From the NCBI RefSeq assembly GCF_009914755.1, contig NC_060936.1: a stretch of 64,000 bases of DNA. The stretch is one strand, 5' to 3'. The translations under genes and the position numbers were made by a program. The stretch comes from the human T2T-CHM13v2.0 reference genome, Homo sapiens. The stretch's first letter is position 1, and each line of letters begins with the position of its first letter. This document shows positions 62,062-64,000 of the stretch, piece after piece. Below the pieces are notes generated by a model. That model worked only from the letters and a program-made list of their open reading frames with translations. It had not been told where the DNA came from and did no database searches.

Positions 62062-62449
62062 ACCAGCAATGCTAAAAAGGAAAAATACACTTTCAAGACC
62101 ACAGGCAAGATTTTATTTGCTGGGTCTGAATCAGATACACAGACCCCAGACAAATCTAAGGCTAAGTGAAAGAATACGAGAAGAAACAGATTTTCAGGAA
62201 GGAATGTGAGACCTATAGCATTTTTCTTCCAGGGATGAAATCATGTGATAATCGGACATCTACTATCCATCAATTTCATTCAATAAACATATTTCAAATG
62301 TCTTTATCATGATTAGAGCCAGCCACTTTTAAGCCAACTAACCATTTTCTGAAGTCTTTGTCCTGTCTACTTTGTTTCCTCCATAGAAACACACATGAAA
62401 GCAAACACAGCCCCTTCCTCCACTACATTTGTTAAGTAGCCGCATATTA

Positions 62450-63440
62450 TTTCAGAATTTATTACCAATTCTCTAAATTGAACATTGGGTTATTTCCAAA
62501 TGCTCAATATTACAAAGGACATTGAAATGAACATCCTATGAAGAAACTTCTACACACGATCTTAATGACTTCCAAAGAATAGTTATGTCAAAAGTGTGCA
62601 TGTGCCTAAGGTTTTCAATACACATTGCCAAACTCTCCAGAAAGATCACGTTATAGTTAAGGCAAACTTTTCACTACGTTTCCTGGTATTATCATTGCCA
62701 CATTTGCCAAGATTTGGCTGTAACACTCAATAAATTTTTTTCAAAACCATTTTTATTATAGTGTATAAGAAGCAAAGTAGGTAAAGTACACAAGCTAAAG
62801 TATACAGTCTGATGAATTTTTACATAGGTATGCCTCTGTAACATCACTTGTATCAAAATACAGAATATTTCCAACACCCAGAATGTTTCATTATGACTCT
62901 TTCAAATCAATACTTCCCAGCCCCACCCTGGCATAAGGGATAATCTTTTTTTTTTTTTTTTAACTTCCTTCCATAACCACTAACAAGTTTTACCTCTTCC
63001 TGAACTTCGTAAAAGTACTCTTTTAGTGTCTGGCTTATTTCACCCAACATGATATCTTTGAAATTCATCCATGTTCCTGCATGTTTCATTAGTTTATATT
63101 TTAATTAGTTCATTATTTATATTGCTATGAAGTATTTCCCTGTATAGGAAGCACCACATTTTATTGTATCCATTCCCCTCTTGATATCCACTTGGATTAT
63201 TAATTAGTTTGGGGCTGTTAGGAATAAGGCCGATATGGACACTATTGTGCATGTCTTTTAGAAGACACATGTACATATTTCTCTTGGTTGTATACCTAGT
63301 AGTGGAACTGCTATTCTTGGGGTGGGTATACATTTAGCTTTAGTGGAAATTGCTGGTTTTTCAAAACGGCTGAACCAACTTAAATTCCCACCACAAATAA
63401 TGTGTGAGAGTTTCAGGTATTTCACATAGTTACCAACATA
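62450..63440 (-). mobile_element. L1M fragments
   Basis: ggcttatttcacccaacatg...gaaattcatccatgtt...atatttctcttggttgtatacctagtagtggaactgct. Confidence 0.7.
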
Positions 63441-63647
63441 CTGCTTAAACCTTAAGGTACTTGGTAGATATATGACATGACAGTCCTTACGTGTTCAATT
63501 TTTACATCAGTAATTTATTCTAGAGTTTACCTGTAGTATACAGATTACAATAATGAGGGAGGAAGTTTAGTCAGTTGATTTAAGTGGATGATCCTAGGTA
63601 GAGAGGGTCCCAATTATCCTGGTCAGCATGTCTGAGACCGTCCAAAA

Positions 63648-64000
63648 CAAGGGTGCCCCACTCCGGGGCCATGGACTGGCACCCGTGCATGGCCTGTTAG
63701 GAACTGGGCTGCATAGCAGGAGGTGAGTGGCAGGTGACCGAACAAGCGAGCGAGCAAGTGGAGCTTCATCTGTATTTACAGCTGCTCCCCATCACTCACA
63801 TTACCACCTGAGCTCCGCCTCCCATCAGATCAGAGGCAGCATTAGATTCTCATAGGAGCATGAAACCTATATGAACTGTGCATGCGAGGGATCTAGGTTG
63901 GGCGCTCCTTACAAGAATGTAATGCCTGAGGATCTGTCACTGTCTCCCGTGCCCCCCGAGATGGGACTGTCTAGTTGCAGGGAAACAAACTCAGGGCTCC
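63648..64000 (+). mobile_element. MER1A-like hAT-Charlie DNA transposon (runs off the window end)
   Basis: ggcctgttaggaac...gcttcatctgtatttacagc...gcagcattagattctcataggagc...gatctgtcactgtctccc. Confidence 0.85.

Overview
Human-like (primate) genomic DNA, AT-rich and repeat-dense: about 44 Alu copies or fragments, plus L1M, L2, MIR, MaLR/ERV1 solo LTRs and DNA-transposon fossils. The only protein-coding feature I can support is the first coding exon of TMCC3 on the minus strand (ATG at 19256, 78 nt, MPGSDTALTVDRTYSDPGRHHRCKSR, phase-0 GT donor), inside a CpG island at about 18.55-19.56 kb. Positions 1-19178 are therefore TMCC3 intron 1, and 19.6-64 kb is upstream intergenic sequence. I found no rRNA, tRNA, CRISPR array or prokaryotic system. 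Almost all ORF-track entries are Alu-derived or chance ORFs. Best leads: (i) minus-strand splice signals compatible with the phase-0 intron, namely an open 156-nt cassette exon at 13213-13368, an ATG|GTGAGT site at 13454 and a 47-nt exon ending ACCATG|GTAAGA at 58084-58130; (ii) a MER41B LTR retaining an intact STAT GAS motif; (iii) a CpG-retaining palindrome/hairpin/tandem-TEAD element at 38.7-38.9 kb; (iv) an ancient ~490-bp tandem duplication; (v) several nested or structurally odd retrotransposon insertions with readable TSDs. Repeat subfamily names come from recalled consensus sequences and need RepeatMasker/Dfam confirmation. Boundaries of old repeats are approximate.
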